Assembly: GCA_963749265.1 (NCBI GenBank) | Contig: CAVVML010000017.1 | Span: 32,465 to 96,464 of the forward strand | Source: an uncultured Acidobacteriota bacterium | Lineage (GTDB): Bacteria; Acidobacteriota; Thermoanaerobaculia; UBA5066; Gp7-AA6 | Direction of reading: 5' to 3' | Length of the DNA stretch: 64,000 bases | Shown: piece by piece, positions 35,902 to 50,812 of the stretch | Position numbering within the stretch: position 1 is the first letter of the stretch | Layout: every line of letters begins with the position of its first letter | Position numbers and translations under genes: made by a program | The notes under the pieces: generated by a model | Told to the model about the DNA's origin: nothing | Database searches by the model: none | The model's input: only the letters and a program-made list of their open reading frames with translations

Positions 35902-36510
35902 GTGTCGACGAAGGAATCGCAGGCCGCGATCACTCCGGCCGAAGCCCTCAAGCGGCTCAAGGAGGGCAACGCGCGGTTCGTCGCCGGCCAGCCGAAGACC
36001 CGCGACTGGGCCGCCAAGGTCATCGCCACGGCCTCGGGTCAGTACCCGTTCGCCGCCGTCGTCTCATGCATCGATTCGCGGGCGCCGGCCGAGATCGTTC
36101 TGGATCAGGGAATCGGCGACGTCTTCAGCCTGCGCACGGCCGGCAACGTCGTCGACACGGACGTGTTCGGCGGGCTCGAGTTCGCGACGAAAGTCGCCGG
36201 GGCGAAGCTGATCGTCGTGATGGGACACACGGAGTGCGGCGCGGTCAAGGGCGCGATCGACGGCGTGAAGATGGGCAACCTCACGGCGCTCCTCGCCAAG
36301 ATCCAGTCGGCGGTGCGCGACTCCGGTCCCGGCAGCTCCAAGGATCCCGCATACGTCACGAAGGTGACCGAGAAGAACGTCCGCGATTCCATCGACGAGA
36401 TCAAGGCCCGGAGCTCCATCCTCCGCGAGCTCATCGACTCCGGAAAAGTCGGGATCCAGGGCGCCATGTACGACGTGGCTTCGGGTCGTGTGACCTTCCT
36501 CGCCGACTGA
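35902..36510 (+). CDS. can: beta-class carbonic anhydrase, frame-intact. A lipoprotein-like signal may lie upstream in another frame.
   Basis: CIDSR and HTECGAV zinc-ligand motifs. 202-aa ORF. Confidence 0.85.
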   Translation: MSTKESQAAITPAEALKRLKEGNARFVAGQPKTRDWAAKVIATASGQYPFAAVVSCIDSRAPAEIVLDQGIGDVFSLRTAGNVVDTDVFGGLEFATKVAGAKLIVVMGHTECGAVKGAIDGVKMGNLTALLAKIQSAVRDSGPGSSKDPAYVTKVTEKNVRDSIDEIKARSSILRELIDSGKVGIQGAMYDVASGRVTFLAD

Positions 36511-36535
36511 TTCCGCCGGTATAGGCTTCCGGATC

Positions 36536-38872
<2,337 letters not shown>

Positions 38873-38912
38873 AATGGCACCCAGAGATTCCGAACCCGAA
38901 AGGAGGCCGCAC

Positions 38913-39390
38913 ATGGCGCCGAGCCGCTGACGCGTTGCGAGTTCGAGGCCGAGCGAGCTTCTCGTCAAGATCGACACGACGCTTCCCGCGGACGTCAACG
39001 CGATCTCGCCCGTCGTCGGCAAGGTCATGGAGATCGTCACGCAGATGGGCTGCGCCGCCGGCCGCGAGTTCGAGATCGAGCTCGCCCTGCGCGAGGCGCT
39101 CGCCAACGCGATCGAGCACGGCAGCGGCAACGATCCCTCGAAGCAGATCGAGTGCTGCGTCGCCTGCGACCACGAGCGCGGCATGCTCATCGTCGTGCGC
39201 GACCCGGGTCCCGGGTTCGACCCCGCCTCGATCCCGAGCCCGGTCCTCGGCCTGAATCTCTTCTCGACCGGCGGCCGCGGGATCTACCTCATCAATCAGC
39301 TCATGGACGAAGTGCGCTTCGAAAAGGGCGGCACCGAGATCCACATGCGGACCCATCCCCCGGCAGCCCCGGCGGGCTCGTCTGAGCGGC
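38913..39390 (+). CDS. RsbW/SpoIIAB-like anti-sigma-factor serine kinase (HATPase_c). Early frameshift, 3' end uncertain.
   Basis: Strong RBS AAAGGAGG 7 nt upstream of ATG 38913. …LLVKIDTTLPADVNAISPVVGKVMEIVTQMGCAAGREFEIELALREALANAIEHG…MLIVVRDPGPGFDP…GGRGIYLINQLMDEVRFE. Confidence 0.5.
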
Positions 39391-39490
39391 CCGCTTCGCG
39401 GCCGACCGACGGAGGGGGACGTCGCGGGGCCTCTCCAGAGCTCGATTCCCCACCGCAGACTCCCCGTGCTCGGGAGACAGCCTCACGGCC

Positions 39491-40746
39491 TCAGATTTCC
39501 GCCGGCCCCGCCGCGTCGGGCATGGTCTGCGCCGGCGCCTCGGCGTGGCGGAGGGGCTCGGGCAGCTTGACGAACACCGCGGCGGCGATGACGCCGAGCA
39601 GGAACGTCGCGCCCCAGAGGACGCGGGCGCCGGCGCGCTCGAGCACGACGGTCCCGACCCACGGCCCGATGCCGAACGCGATCGAGAACACCATCGTGTA
39701 GAGGCCGCTGTACTCGCCGCGCCGCGCGTCGGGCGCGATGTCGGTCGCGTAGGCCGCCGACGAGCGGGAAGAAGAGCATCTCGCCGAACGTCCAGATGAC
39801 GACGGTGCACCGCCAGCGACCAGAAGTCGCGGGCGAAGGCCATCGCGCCGAAGCCCGCGCCCGAGAGGATCGCGCCCAGGGCGAGCGTCCGCCGGTGCGA
39901 CCAGTGCGCGGTCGCGGCGTTCAGCGGGATCTCGAGCACCACGATGAGCAGGCAGTTCAGGGAGAAGAGCAGGCCGAACGTGCGCGGCGTGAAGCCGAGC
40001 TCGTTGACGATGAAGAGCGGCATCGAGGAGATGTGCTGGAAGAAGATGACGCAGACCGGCAGCACACCGAGCGAGGAAGAAGAGGAAGCGCGGGTCCGCG
40101 TGCGCGGCCGTCGAGAGGCGCAGGCGCGTCGTCGTCGAGGGCGCGCCGGCGGCCCGCGGCGCGCTTCCTGCCGTTGGGCAGCGTCACGCGCGGCGAGGAC
40201 GAGCCCGGCGGCGATCGACGTCGCGCCGTCGACGAAGAACAGGTAGCGGAAGGCGATCGTCGCGAGGATCCCTCCGATCGCCGGGCCGATCGCCATGCCG
40301 AGGTTGATCGCGAGGCGGTAGACGGCGAAGGCGGACTTCCGGCGCGCGGGCTCGACGGTTTCGGCGAAGAACGACATCGCCGCCGGCCGGAACGCCTCGG
40401 TCAGCATCGCGAGGACGATCGTCACCGCGGCGATCGCGACCAGCCGCGTCGCGAACGGGATAGACGAAGAGCGTCGACTCCGGAGAGGAACAGCGATGCG
40501 CGCATGAGCGGCACGGAGCCCCACTTGTCCGAGAGCCGGCCGGCGAGCGGCCCGCAGACGATGGCGCCGGCGCCATAGAGGAAGATGATGAAGCCGGCCT
40601 GCTCCGCCGAGAAGCCGCGGTCGCGGGTCAGATAGAGGACCAGGAACGAGAGCACCATCGAGCCCGCGCGGTTGACGAGCTGGGAGCGCCGCGACGAGCC
40701 ACACGGGCCGCGGCAGAAACCTCAGGTCTTTCCAATACTTCAGCAC
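39491..40746 (-). CDS. MFS-family transporter, frameshifted
   Basis: About 12 hydrophobic segments across ORFs 39301-40746(-), 40422-40658(-) and 39491-39694(-). MFS-like motif GPLAGRLSDKWG. Confidence 0.6.
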
Positions 40747-40782
40747 GGGTGCAGGGAATGGTACGGGCGGCGGGGCCCGGAG

Positions 40783-41868
<1,086 letters not shown>

Positions 41869-41928
41869 GGCGCCGGGAGGATATCAGCGGGCGGGGGCGA
41901 TCCGGCGGAGCCCCGTTATCATCCGCGC

Positions 41929-43096
41929 ATGCGCCCCGCGCTCTCGCGCAAGCTCGACGGCTTCGGCACGACGATCTTCACCGAGATGACGCGGCTCGCG
42001 AACGAGCACGGCGCGATCAATCTCGCCCAGGGATTTCCGGACTTCGACGGGCCGGAGTTCGCGCGCGAGGCGGCGGTCGCGGCGATCCGCGCGGGGCACG
42101 GCCAGTACGCGCGCATGACCGGGATCCCCGAGATCCACCGGGCGCTCGTCGGCGAAGTACCGGCGCGACTGGGGGCTCGACTACGCCGCCGGACACGGAG
42201 CTGACGGTGACCTCGGGCGCGACCGAGGCGATCTTCTCGGCGATCCAGGGCGTCTGCGACGCGGGCGACGAGGTCGTCCTCTTCGAGCCCTACTACGACT
42301 CCTACAAGGCGAGCGTCGCGATGGCGGGCGCCGTGCCGCGGGTCGTGACGCTCCACGCCCCGGACTGGACGTTCGATCCGCGCGAGCTCGAAGCCGCCTT
42401 CACCGACAGGACCCGCGTCCTGCTTCTCAACACGCCGCACAACCCGACCGGGCAAGGTCTTCTCCCGCGACGAGCTCGAGACGCTCGCCGCGCTCTGCCG
42501 GCGCACGACGCGCTCTGCATCACCGACGAGGTCTACGAGCACCTCGTCTACGAGGGGCGCCACGTCCCGATGGCGACGCTGCCCGGGCATGCGGGAGCGC
42601 ACGATCACGATCTCGTCCTTCGGGAAGACGTTCTCGCTGACGGGCTGGAAGATCGGCTGGGCGGCCGCGCCGCCGGAGCTGACGGCCGCCGTGCGCGCGG
42701 CCCACCAGTTCGTCACGTTCGCGACCGCCACGCCGCTGCAGCACGGCGCGGCCTCGGCGCTCGCGGCCGGGCCCGGAGTACTACGCCGCTCTCCTCGCCG
42801 AATACCGCGCCCGGCGCGACTATCTCTCGCGCGAGCTCGTCGCGGCTCGGCTTCGTCGCTCCGCCCGCCGCAGGGCACGTACTTCGTCTGCGCCGACTTC
42901 CGCCGCTTCGGCTTCGACGACGACCGCGCGTTCGTGCCGCCACCTGATCGAGAAGGTCGGCGTCGCGGCGATTCCGCCGAGCGTCTTCTACGACCATCCC
43001 GAGCAGGGCCGCCGCTACGTCCGTTTCGCCTTCTGCAAGAAGCGGGAGACGCTCGAGGCGGCGGTCGCGCGGCTGGAGAAGCTGTGCGACATAGCC
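41929..43096 (+). CDS. ybdL: class I/II (YbdL/methionine aminotransferase-like) PLP-dependent aminotransferase. At least 3 frameshifts, 3' end approximate.
   Basis: …INLAQGFPDFDGP…, TISSFGKTFSLTGWKIGW (PLP-lysine motif), …AIPPSVFYDHPEQGRRYVRFAFCKKRETLEAAVARLEKL. Confidence 0.75.
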
Positions 43097-43859
43097 CTCG
43101 TCCAGATGGACCTCGCCTGGGAGGACGTCGCCGAGAACCACCGCCGCGCGCGGCGTCACCTCGAGCGCGCCTGCGACGGCGGCGCGCGGCTCGCGCTCCT
43201 GCCCGAGATGTTCTGCACCGGCTTCTCGATGGAATCCGACCGCATCGCGCAGCCGCGCGGCGGGCCCGTCCGAGACGTTCCTCCGCGAGACGGCGCGCGA
43301 GCTCGATGCTCTGGATCCTGGCCTCGATCCCGGAGGCGGGGGAGCCGCGGCCGCGCAACATGGCCCTGCTCGCCGGGCCGGACGGCTCGCTCGCGCGATA
43401 CGCCAAGATCCACCCCTTCACGTTCGGCGGCGAGCACCGGGTCTACACCGGCGGCGAGGGCGTCGTGACCGTGCCGGTCGAGGGCGTCCGCGTGACGCCC
43501 TTCGTCTGCTACGACCTGCGCTTCCCGGAGCCCTTCCGCCTGGTCGCCGAGGAGACGGACCTCTTCGCCGTCGTCGCCAACTGGCCCGAGGGCACGCCGC
43601 GAGGCGTGGCGCACGCTCCTGCGCGCCCGGGCGATCGAGAACCTCTGCTTCGTCGCGGCGTCAACCGCGTCGGCGAAGGCGGCAAGCTCCGCTACGCCGG
43701 CGACTCCGTCGTCGTCTCGCCGTGGGGCGACATCCTCGTCGAGGGCGCGACCGGAGGAGGCCGTCCTCTTCGCCGACGTGGATCCCGCCGCCGTGCGCGA
43801 CGCGCGGGCGAAGTTTCCCGGCGCTCGACGACCGGCGGCCCGAGGCGTACCGCCGCTAG
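43082..43859 (+). CDS. yafV: carbon-nitrogen hydrolase (YafV/omega-amidase-like nitrilase superfamily). Start uncertain, frameshifted.
   Basis: …IALVQMDLAWEDV…LLPEMFCTGF (Glu), VCYDLRFPE (Cys), AIENLCFVAASNRVGEGG…VVVSPWGDILVEG. TAG 43857-43859. Confidence 0.7.
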
Positions 43860-44003
43860 ACACTCGCCTTCGCGCCCGCGCTTTCAAGAAACGATTAACA
43901 ACCCCGCTCCTCGCGAATCCAGACCTCCGGCCTCGCTCCGTAACGCGCCGCAGAGTGGCTCGCGGAATGGTTCCGCAGCCCGGATTCCGAAGGAGGAGAA
44001 CCA

Positions 44004-45530
44004 TGGAGAATCTCAGAAATCGATTAGTGCGCGCGCGCGTCCGCGGGGCGATCCTCGCGATGCTCCTCGGAGCGTGTCTCGCGACGACGGCCGCACGCCG
44101 CCAGCCACCGCGAGGCCCCGAAGATCGCGCTGGATCCGACGGCCGACATCACGGACGTCTATTTCTTCCGCAGCTGGCAGGACCCGAGCCGGGTCGTTCT
44201 GATCATGAACGTCATCCCGGCGCAGGAGCCGAGCTCCGGCCCGAACTACTTCAACCTCGACGAGGACGTTCTGTACGCGATGCACCTCGACGTCGACCGC
44301 GACGGAGAGACCGACATCGACTACGAGTTCCGCTTCGAGACCGAGATTCGCGCCCCGTTCGACGACCTGCCGGTGGCGTATGCCGGGCGTCGACGGCGTG
44401 CCCGGACTGCCTCCGGGCATCAGCGCCCTCGACGGCGCGGGCTCGGAGGGCCTGGGCCTTCGGCAGAGCTACACCGTCCGGCAGGTCAGCCGGAAGCGGC
44501 GGGGCGACCTCGGACTCGCGACGATGTTCGCCGTGCCGTCCAACATCGGTCCGCGAACCATCCCGGACTACGAGGCCCTCGCGGCCAGGGAATCTACGAC
44601 CTGAGCAACGGCGGCCGCGTATTCGTGGGACAGCGGGACGAGACGTTCTACATCGACCTCGGCGCGACCTTCGACACGCTCAACCTGCGCCGCAACCCGC
44701 CCGTCCTGACGGCTGCCGAGGACGCCAACGACGGCGTCAATCCGTTCGGCGTCGACATGTTCTCGGGCTTCAACGTCACCACGATCGCTCTCGAGATCCC
44801 CATCTCCGACATCACGGACGATCCCAACGCGGTCATCGGGATGTACGCCTCCACGAGCCGCGCGCGGAACCGGCACCTCTCGGGCGACGACGGGACGGCG
44901 TTCGGCTCGGGCGGCTTCGTGCAGGTGGCCCGCCTGGCCAATCCGCTGGTCAACGAGCTGATCATCGGCACGGGTCAGAAGGACCGCTGGAACGCGAAGG
45001 ATCCGAGCGACGAGTCGCGATTCCTCGACTTCTACCAGACCCCGCGGCTGGCGGCGGTCCTGAACCTCGCCTTCGGGCTTCCGGTTCCGCCGACGCCGCG
45101 CAACGATCTCGTCGCCGTGCTCCTCAAGTATCCCGGCCAGGATCCGAGCCGGCTGCTCGCGCCGGAATCCCTGCTCCGAGCTGCTGCGCCTGAACGTCGG
45201 CGTGCCGCCCACGGCGCCGGCCGATCAGAAGCGGCTGACGGTGCTCGCCGGCGACCCGGCCGGGTTCCCCAACGGCCGCCGGCCCAACGACGACGTCACC
45301 GACATCGCGCTGCGGGTCGTGGCGGGCGCGCTCCTGGGCCCGGTTCCGGCGCTCGGCGACGGCGTGAACTTCAACATCGGCGCTCCCGGCACCAACATCA
45401 CGGCCAACGGCATCGCGACGGACTTCCCGTTCCTGCCGACGCCGCATCGACGGCCGGAACCGCAGGCACATCGACTGCGGCGAGACCGGCGCGAATCCCT
45501 GCAACTGACGACGAATCCGGATTCGGATGA
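44004..45530 (+). CDS. secreted DUF4331-like protein, frameshifted. Stop at 45508 or 45530.
   Basis: RBS AAGGAGGAG. Signal peptide MENLRNRLVRARVRGAILAMLLGACLA. ASHREAP…DPTADITDVYFF hallmark in a shifted frame. …GFPNGRRPNDDVTDIALRVV. Confidence 0.55.
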
Positions 45531-45562
45531 GCGGCCGGCGAAAGCCGGCCGCTTCTTTCTTC
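45531..45562 (+). terminator. rho-independent terminator for the DUF4331 gene (may act bidirectionally)
   Basis: Perfect 9-bp stem gcggccggc / gccggccgc with GAAA loop, followed by ttctttcttcg. Confidence 0.6.
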
Positions 45563-46367
45563 GTCGTACGACGATTCTTTTCGGCGAGTTGAGGATCCGC
45601 TCCGCGAAGCCGGCGTCGGCGAGACGCCGGACGTACGCCTGGACCTCGGCGTCGGGAAGCGCCTGCGTGAGAGGGCGGATGTCGACGGAGACCTGCGGAT
45701 AGCGCAGCATCACGCCCGCCATCGCATCTCCGAACGGCCAGCCGGCGCCGACCACGACGATGCGGAGCTTCGGGTGGCGAGCGAGCACGCCTTCGAGCTT
45801 CAGCGGATCGCCGTAGCGCGACGCGATAGCGCGGAGAAGTCTCCCGGGAGCCTCGGGGCCGAGCGCGATGGCGATCGGCCGGTCGAGCTCCTCGGCGAGC
45901 GACCAGTAGGGCTCGAGCCTCGCATCGTCGGCGGCGATGCCGTCGCTCTGCGCGAGAAGGGGCCCGATCCAGCCGGTGCTCGCGGCCAGAGTTCGGCGGA
46001 GCGCCGCGAGATCGGGCTGGCGGGAGTCGACGTGGATGCCTTCCGAGGCGAGAGGCGCTGCTGTGACCACCGGGGTCGGAGTCGGAGGAGCGGCGGCGGC
46101 CGGTGCCGGCGGCGGGGAGAGGCGCGCGGCGGAGGCGGCGGAACGGGCGTGGGAGTCGGCGGAACGGTCGCCGTCGCGACGCCGGGCGTCGGGAACGACG
46201 CGCGCGCCGGCGGCCCGGCTCGCGCTCAGATCGACGCTGACCCAGTAGCCCGCCGCCGGCGGCCGCGGAAACGACGACTCGCGGATGATCCAGCGAAGGC
46301 AGACGGCGACGGGCGCCGGCGGCCGCAGCAGGATCTGCGTGGGCCGCCCGTCGGCCGTCATCTCCAT
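45561..46367 (-). CDS. amidohydrolase-2-like (TIM-barrel metal-dependent hydrolase) protein. Both ends uncertain.
   Basis: …YWSLAEELDRPIAIALGP…ARHPKLRIVVVGAGWPFGDAMAGVMLRYPQVSVDIRPL…FAERIL resembles the C-terminal half of amidohydrolase_2. The 3' part of ORF 45225-46367(-) is antisense to DUF4331 and is discarded. Confidence 0.35.
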
Positions 46368-46599
46368 CAGGACCGTGAACGGAGGAGCGTCCTCGGGCGG
46401 CAGCGTCTCGGCGCATTCGAGCAGGGCGTCGCGGAGCTTCTTCTCGTCGAAGCGCGCGGCGACGCTCGCGGCGTAGGCCCGTCCTTCCGGAGTCGCGAGC
46501 TTCGCCTGCGCCTGCGCTTAGCGCGTCGTCGAAGCGGTCCGCCCGAAGAGCGGCGCGGCGCGAGAAGACGCCAGGCGCCAGCGACCGCCGCATGGAGCC

Positions 46600-47835
46600 G
46601 TCAGCGCTCCCGCCGCACGGAGGCGTCAGGAGCGCCCGGAGGAGGCGCTCGCGCTGCGCTGCGTAAGCCGCAAGAGCCTCCGCGCCGCCGGCGATCATGT
46701 CCTCGGAGACCGAGAACGAGAACCGCAGGTGGCCCTCGCCCTCGGAGCCGAAGACGATGCCGGGCACGGTCGCGATCTTCGCCTCGTCGAGCAGGACGCG
46801 CGCGGCCGCGCGCGAGTCGGACGGCAGCCAGGACGGCGTCTTCGGGAAGAGATAGAGGGCGGCGCGCGGCGGCTCGATCTCGAAGCCCGCGGCCTGCAGG
46901 CCCGCGACGAGACGGTCGCGCCGGGAGCGATAGCCCGGCTCGCCACTCCGCGACGAACTCGGTGCCGCGCGTCGAGCGCCTCGACGCCGGCCCACTGCGT
47001 CGGCGTCGAGACGCCGTTGGTCGTGTAGAGGACGACCGTCTTGATCGCCGTCTGGTAGCGCGCTTCGGCGCGATGACGTAGCCGAGCCGCCATCCCGTCA
47101 TCGAGTAGCTCTTCGACAGCGTGTAGCAGGTGATCGTCCGCTCGCTCATTCCGGGCAGCGACCCGATCGCGACGACTCGGCTCGCCCTCGTAGACGAGGT
47201 CCTCGTAGGCCTCGTCCGAGATGACGGCGAGACCGCGCTCGCGCGCGAACGCCGCGACCTCCTCGGTCTCCGCTCGCGAGAAGACGTCGCCGGTCGGATT
47301 GTTCGGCGAGTTCCAGTAGAGGAGCTTCGTCCGCGCGCGTGGTCTTCGCGGCGAGCGCCGCCGCGAGCCCTCGCGGCGCGCCGCCGCGGTCGGCACGAGG
47401 ACGGCGTGCGCCTGGTGATACCCGATCAGATCCACGATCGGAGTCCAGTACGGCGAGAACAGGAGGACCTCGTCGCCCGGGTCGAGCAGCGTCGAGAAAG
47501 CCGCGAAGAGCCCCTGCATGCCGCCGTTGACGACGACGGGAGCCTCGTCGTCGCACGGGATGCCGTTTCGACGTCGCGGACCTTCTCGAGGATCGCGCGG
47601 CGGAGCTCGGGGATCCCGGAGGAGGGCGCGTACCGCGTCTGGTTGCGCGCGAGCGCCGTCGCCCATCGCGGCCTTCACGGGCTCGGGCGTCGTCATCCAG
47701 GGCTCGCCGCCCTCGAAGCGCCAGACCTTCTGGCCGGCGGCGAGGAGCTCCATGACGCGGTTGCGGACCTGGACGATCTCCGAGAAGCCGACGCTCTCGA
47801 AGCGGCGCGCGGTGCGCGGGAAACGACGCCTTCGC
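46600..47835 (-). CDS. aspartate/aromatic-type class I aminotransferase, frameshifted
   Basis: …GGEP…TPEPVKAA…NGGMQGLFAAFSTLLDPGDEVLLFSPYWTPI…LLYWNSPNNPTG…AVISDEAYEDLVYEG…TLSKSYSMTGWRLGY…HLRFSFSVSEDMIAGGAEAL. Confidence 0.65.
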
Positions 47836-47854
47836 TCAACGCGCCGTTCCCGCC

Positions 47855-48034
47855 TCAGACGGCGGCCCGGCGGCCGGGCCCCATCAGGAAGTAGAGGACC
47901 ATGCCGATCACGGGCAGAAGGATGACGAGGAGGATCCAGAGAAGCTTGGTTCCGGTGTCGGCGCTGCTCTTGAGGATCGACACGATCGCGATGATGTCGA
48001 GGACGAGGATGATGAGTCCGAGCAGGGAGTACAT
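47855..48034 (-). CDS. PLDc_N-type small membrane protein (59 aa)
   Basis: Perfect RBS AAGGAGGA. MYSLLGLIILVLDIIAIVSILKSSADTGTKLLWILLVILLPVIGMVLYFLMG. Confidence 0.7.
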   Translation of the reverse strand: MYSLLGLIILVLDIIAIVSILKSSADTGTKLLWILLVILLPVIGMVLYFLMGPGRRAAV

Positions 48035-48045
48035 CGGGATCCTCC

Positions 48046-49589
48046 TTACAGCTTTTCCGAGATCGCCTTCTGCTGCGTGAAGAGGTACAGGTAGTCGCGG
48101 CCGCCGGCCTTCGAGTCCGTGCCCGACATGTTGAAGCCGCCGAAGGGATGCACGCCGACGAGCGCGCCGGTGCACTTGCGGTTGAGGTAGAGGTTGCCGA
48201 CGTGGAGCTCGCGCTTGCCGCGCTCGAGGCGCTCGCGCTCCCGCGAGTAGAGCGAGCCCGTCAGGCCGTACTCCGTGTCGTTGGCGACGCGGATGCCCTC
48301 GTCGAAGTTCTGGACCTTCAGCACCGCGAGCACCGGGCCGAAGATCTCCTCGCGGGCGAGCCGCGCGTTCGGCTTGACGTCGTCGACGACCGTCGGCATC
48401 ACGAAGTAGCCCTGCTTGGGGCCGGCCTTGCCGCCGGCGACGATGCGCCCTTCCTTCTTGCCGAGCGCCGCGTACTCCAGGATCTTCTTCTGCGCGCGCT
48501 CGTTGATGACGGCGCCGACCGCGTTCTTCGGGTCGCGCACGTCGCCGACCGTGAGGGCCTTCGTCTTCGCGACGACGCGCTCGAGCAGGTCCTCGTAGAC
48601 CTTCTCGTGCACGATGAGCCGCGAGCAGGCCGAGCACTTCTGCCCCTGGAATCCGAAGGCCGCCGCGACGATGCCGTTCGCCGCGGCCTCGAGGTCCGCG
48701 GTCTCGTCGACGAGGATGGAGTCCTTGCCGCCCATCTCGAGGATCGCGCGCTTGATCCAGATCTGGCCCTGGACGACGCGGCCGGCCTTCTCGGAGATCT
48801 GCGGGCCGACGTCGCTCGAGCCGGTGAAGGCGATGAAGCGCGTCTTCGGGTGCTCGACGAGCGCGTCGCCGACGTCGAGCCGCCGCCGGTCACGAAGTTG
48901 AGGACGCCGGCGGGGACGCCGGCCTCCTCGCAGGCCTCGAGGAACATCGTCGCGATGCCGGCGGCGTCGGACGAGGGCTTGAGGACGACCGTGTTGCCGG
49001 CGACGAGCGCGGCGGTCGTCATGCCCGTCAGGATCGCGAGCGGGAAGTTCCACGGCGGGATCACGACCGCGACGCCGAGCGGGATGTGCTCGAGCTCGTT
49101 CCGCTCGCCGGGATAGGGCGTGAGCGGCTGCGGCTGGGAGAGCCGCTCCATCTCGCGCGCGTAGAACTCGCAGAAGTCGATCGCCTCGGCCGTGTCGCCG
49201 TCGGCCTCGGCCCAGGACTTGCCTACCTCGAGGACCATCATCGCCGAGAACTCGTGCTTGCGCCGGCGGATCGCCGAGGCGATGCGGAGGACGAGCGCCG
49301 AGCGCTCCTCGGCGGGCGTCCGGCTCCAGGCCGGGAAGGCCTTCGTGGCGGCGTCGATGGCGCGGCGGCGTCGGCCGTGCCCTCGGGGAATCGCCCGATG
49401 ACCTGCTTGAAGTTGCAGGGGTTCACGGACTGGAAGCTCTTCGGGGCTCCCGACCTTCTTGCCGCCGATCCGGTTTTTCCCCTGGATCGGCAGCCGCTTT
49501 TCGACCTTCGCGAGCGCGGCGCGGAAGGCCCTGGCGTTCGCGTCGACGGAGAAATCGGTGAAAGGCTCGTTGCGAAATTCCGGAAGCAA
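48046..49589 (-). CDS. pruA: 1-pyrroline-5-carboxylate (L-glutamate-gamma-semialdehyde) dehydrogenase, RocA/PruA type. Frameshift near 48950.
   Basis: TTG start with GGAGGGA RBS. MLPEFRNEPFTDFS…FTGSSDVG…EMGGKDSILVDE…FGFQGQKCSACSRLIVH…NLYLNRKCTGALVGVHPFGGFNMSGTDSKAGG matches Bacillus RocA along its length. Confidence 0.85.
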
Positions 49590-49798
49590 GGTCGGTCCCT
49601 CCGTCCTCTTCGGAAGGCGTCAATCTATCAAAGGCTTGCGGCCTGCAAACCCGCCGGCGCGCGCCGGCGTATACTGCATGAGATGGATCGTCTGCGTCGG
49701 ATACGGCCAACTGCTGTTGTACGGCCTCTTCGCGGGGCCCGGCCGCAAGCCGTACCGGTCCATCGACTCACTAGAGTCTTTCTCCACTGGACCCGTCA

Positions 49799-49833
49799 GC
49801 CCGCCGGACCGACCCGGCGGGCTTTTTCGTTTT
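49799..49833 (+). promoter_or_regulatory. intrinsic-terminator-like hairpin + U-tract in the cysM leader (candidate attenuator or riboswitch expression platform)
   Basis: gcccgccgg-accgac-ccggcgggc then ctttttcgtttt, ending inside GGAGG/start. Preceded by about 170 nt of structured leader containing an 18-bp perfect palindrome cgccggcgcgcgccggcg (about 49671-49690) and TATACT. Confidence 0.4.
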
Positions 49834-50812
49834 GGAGGCGTTTCTGAGCTCGAGGCAGCGATTCGAAGAGACGGTCGGGAGCGCCGGCCGGACGGCCGGC
49901 GTCGGCCTGCTCGAGGCCGTGGGCGGAACGCCGCTTCTCGAGCTCGCCCGCATCGGCGCGGACGTGCCGGGGCTCCGCCTGCTCGCCAAGGCCGAGCACA
50001 TGAACCCGTGCGGCAGCGTCAAGGACCGGCCCGTGCGGGCGATGCTCCTCGCCGGGATCGCCTCGGGAAAGCTGACCGCGGGAAAGACGATTCTCGAGGC
50101 GACGTCGGGCAACACCGGCATCGCCGACGCGATGCTCGGCCGCGCGCTCGGATTTCCGGTGACGCTCTTTCTGCCGTCGAGCGCCTCGCCCGAGCGCCAG
50201 GCGATCCTGCGGGCCTGCGGCGCCGAGCTCGTCCTGACCGATCCGCTCGAGGGCACCGACGGCGCCATCCGGGAGGCGCGGCGCGCGGCGCGGGAGCACC
50301 CGGCGAAGTACTTCTATCCGGACCAGTACTCGAATCCCGCCAACTGGCGCGCGCACTTCGAGACGACGGGCCCCGAGATCTGGACCGAGACGGGCGGCCG
50401 CCTGACGCACTTCGTCGCGGGGCTCGGCACCTCGGGGACGTTCGTCGGCGTCTCGCGCTTTCTCAAGGCGAGGAGACACGCTCGATCCGCTGCGTCTCGG
50501 TCGAGCCGGAGGGGCCGCTCCACGGCCTGGAAGGCATGAAGCACATGGCGAGCGCGATGGTGCCCGCGATCTACGACGCGACGCTCGCCGACGAGCGCAT
50601 CGCGATGCCGACCGAAGAGGCCTGGGCGATGTGCCGGCGGCTCGCGCGCGAGGAAGGCGTCTTCGTGGGCCCCTCCTCCGGCGCCAACGTGGCGCGGCCT
50701 CCGCTGGCCAGAGTCGCGCGGCGCGGAGCCCGATCGCCCGGCGATCATCGTCACGGTGCTCTGCGACCGGGGAGAGCGCTACCTCTCCGAGGACTTCTGG
50801 AGGGAGCCGTGA
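49832..50812 (+). CDS. cysM: cysteine synthase B-like (CysM; CysO-thiocarboxylate-dependent type), frameshifted. Start uncertain (TTG 49832 or CTG 49844).
   Basis: GGTPLLEL…NPCGSVKDRP (PLP lysine), TSGNTGIA, GLGTSGTF, GPSSGANVA…VTVLCDRGERYLSEDFWREP then TGA. Confidence 0.85.

Noticed and set aside
45225-45560. 3' portion of minus ORF 45225-46367 extending over the DUF4331 C-terminus
   Set aside because: It is antisense to a supported gene and crosses the terminator hairpin. Only the upstream amidohydrolase-like part is retained.
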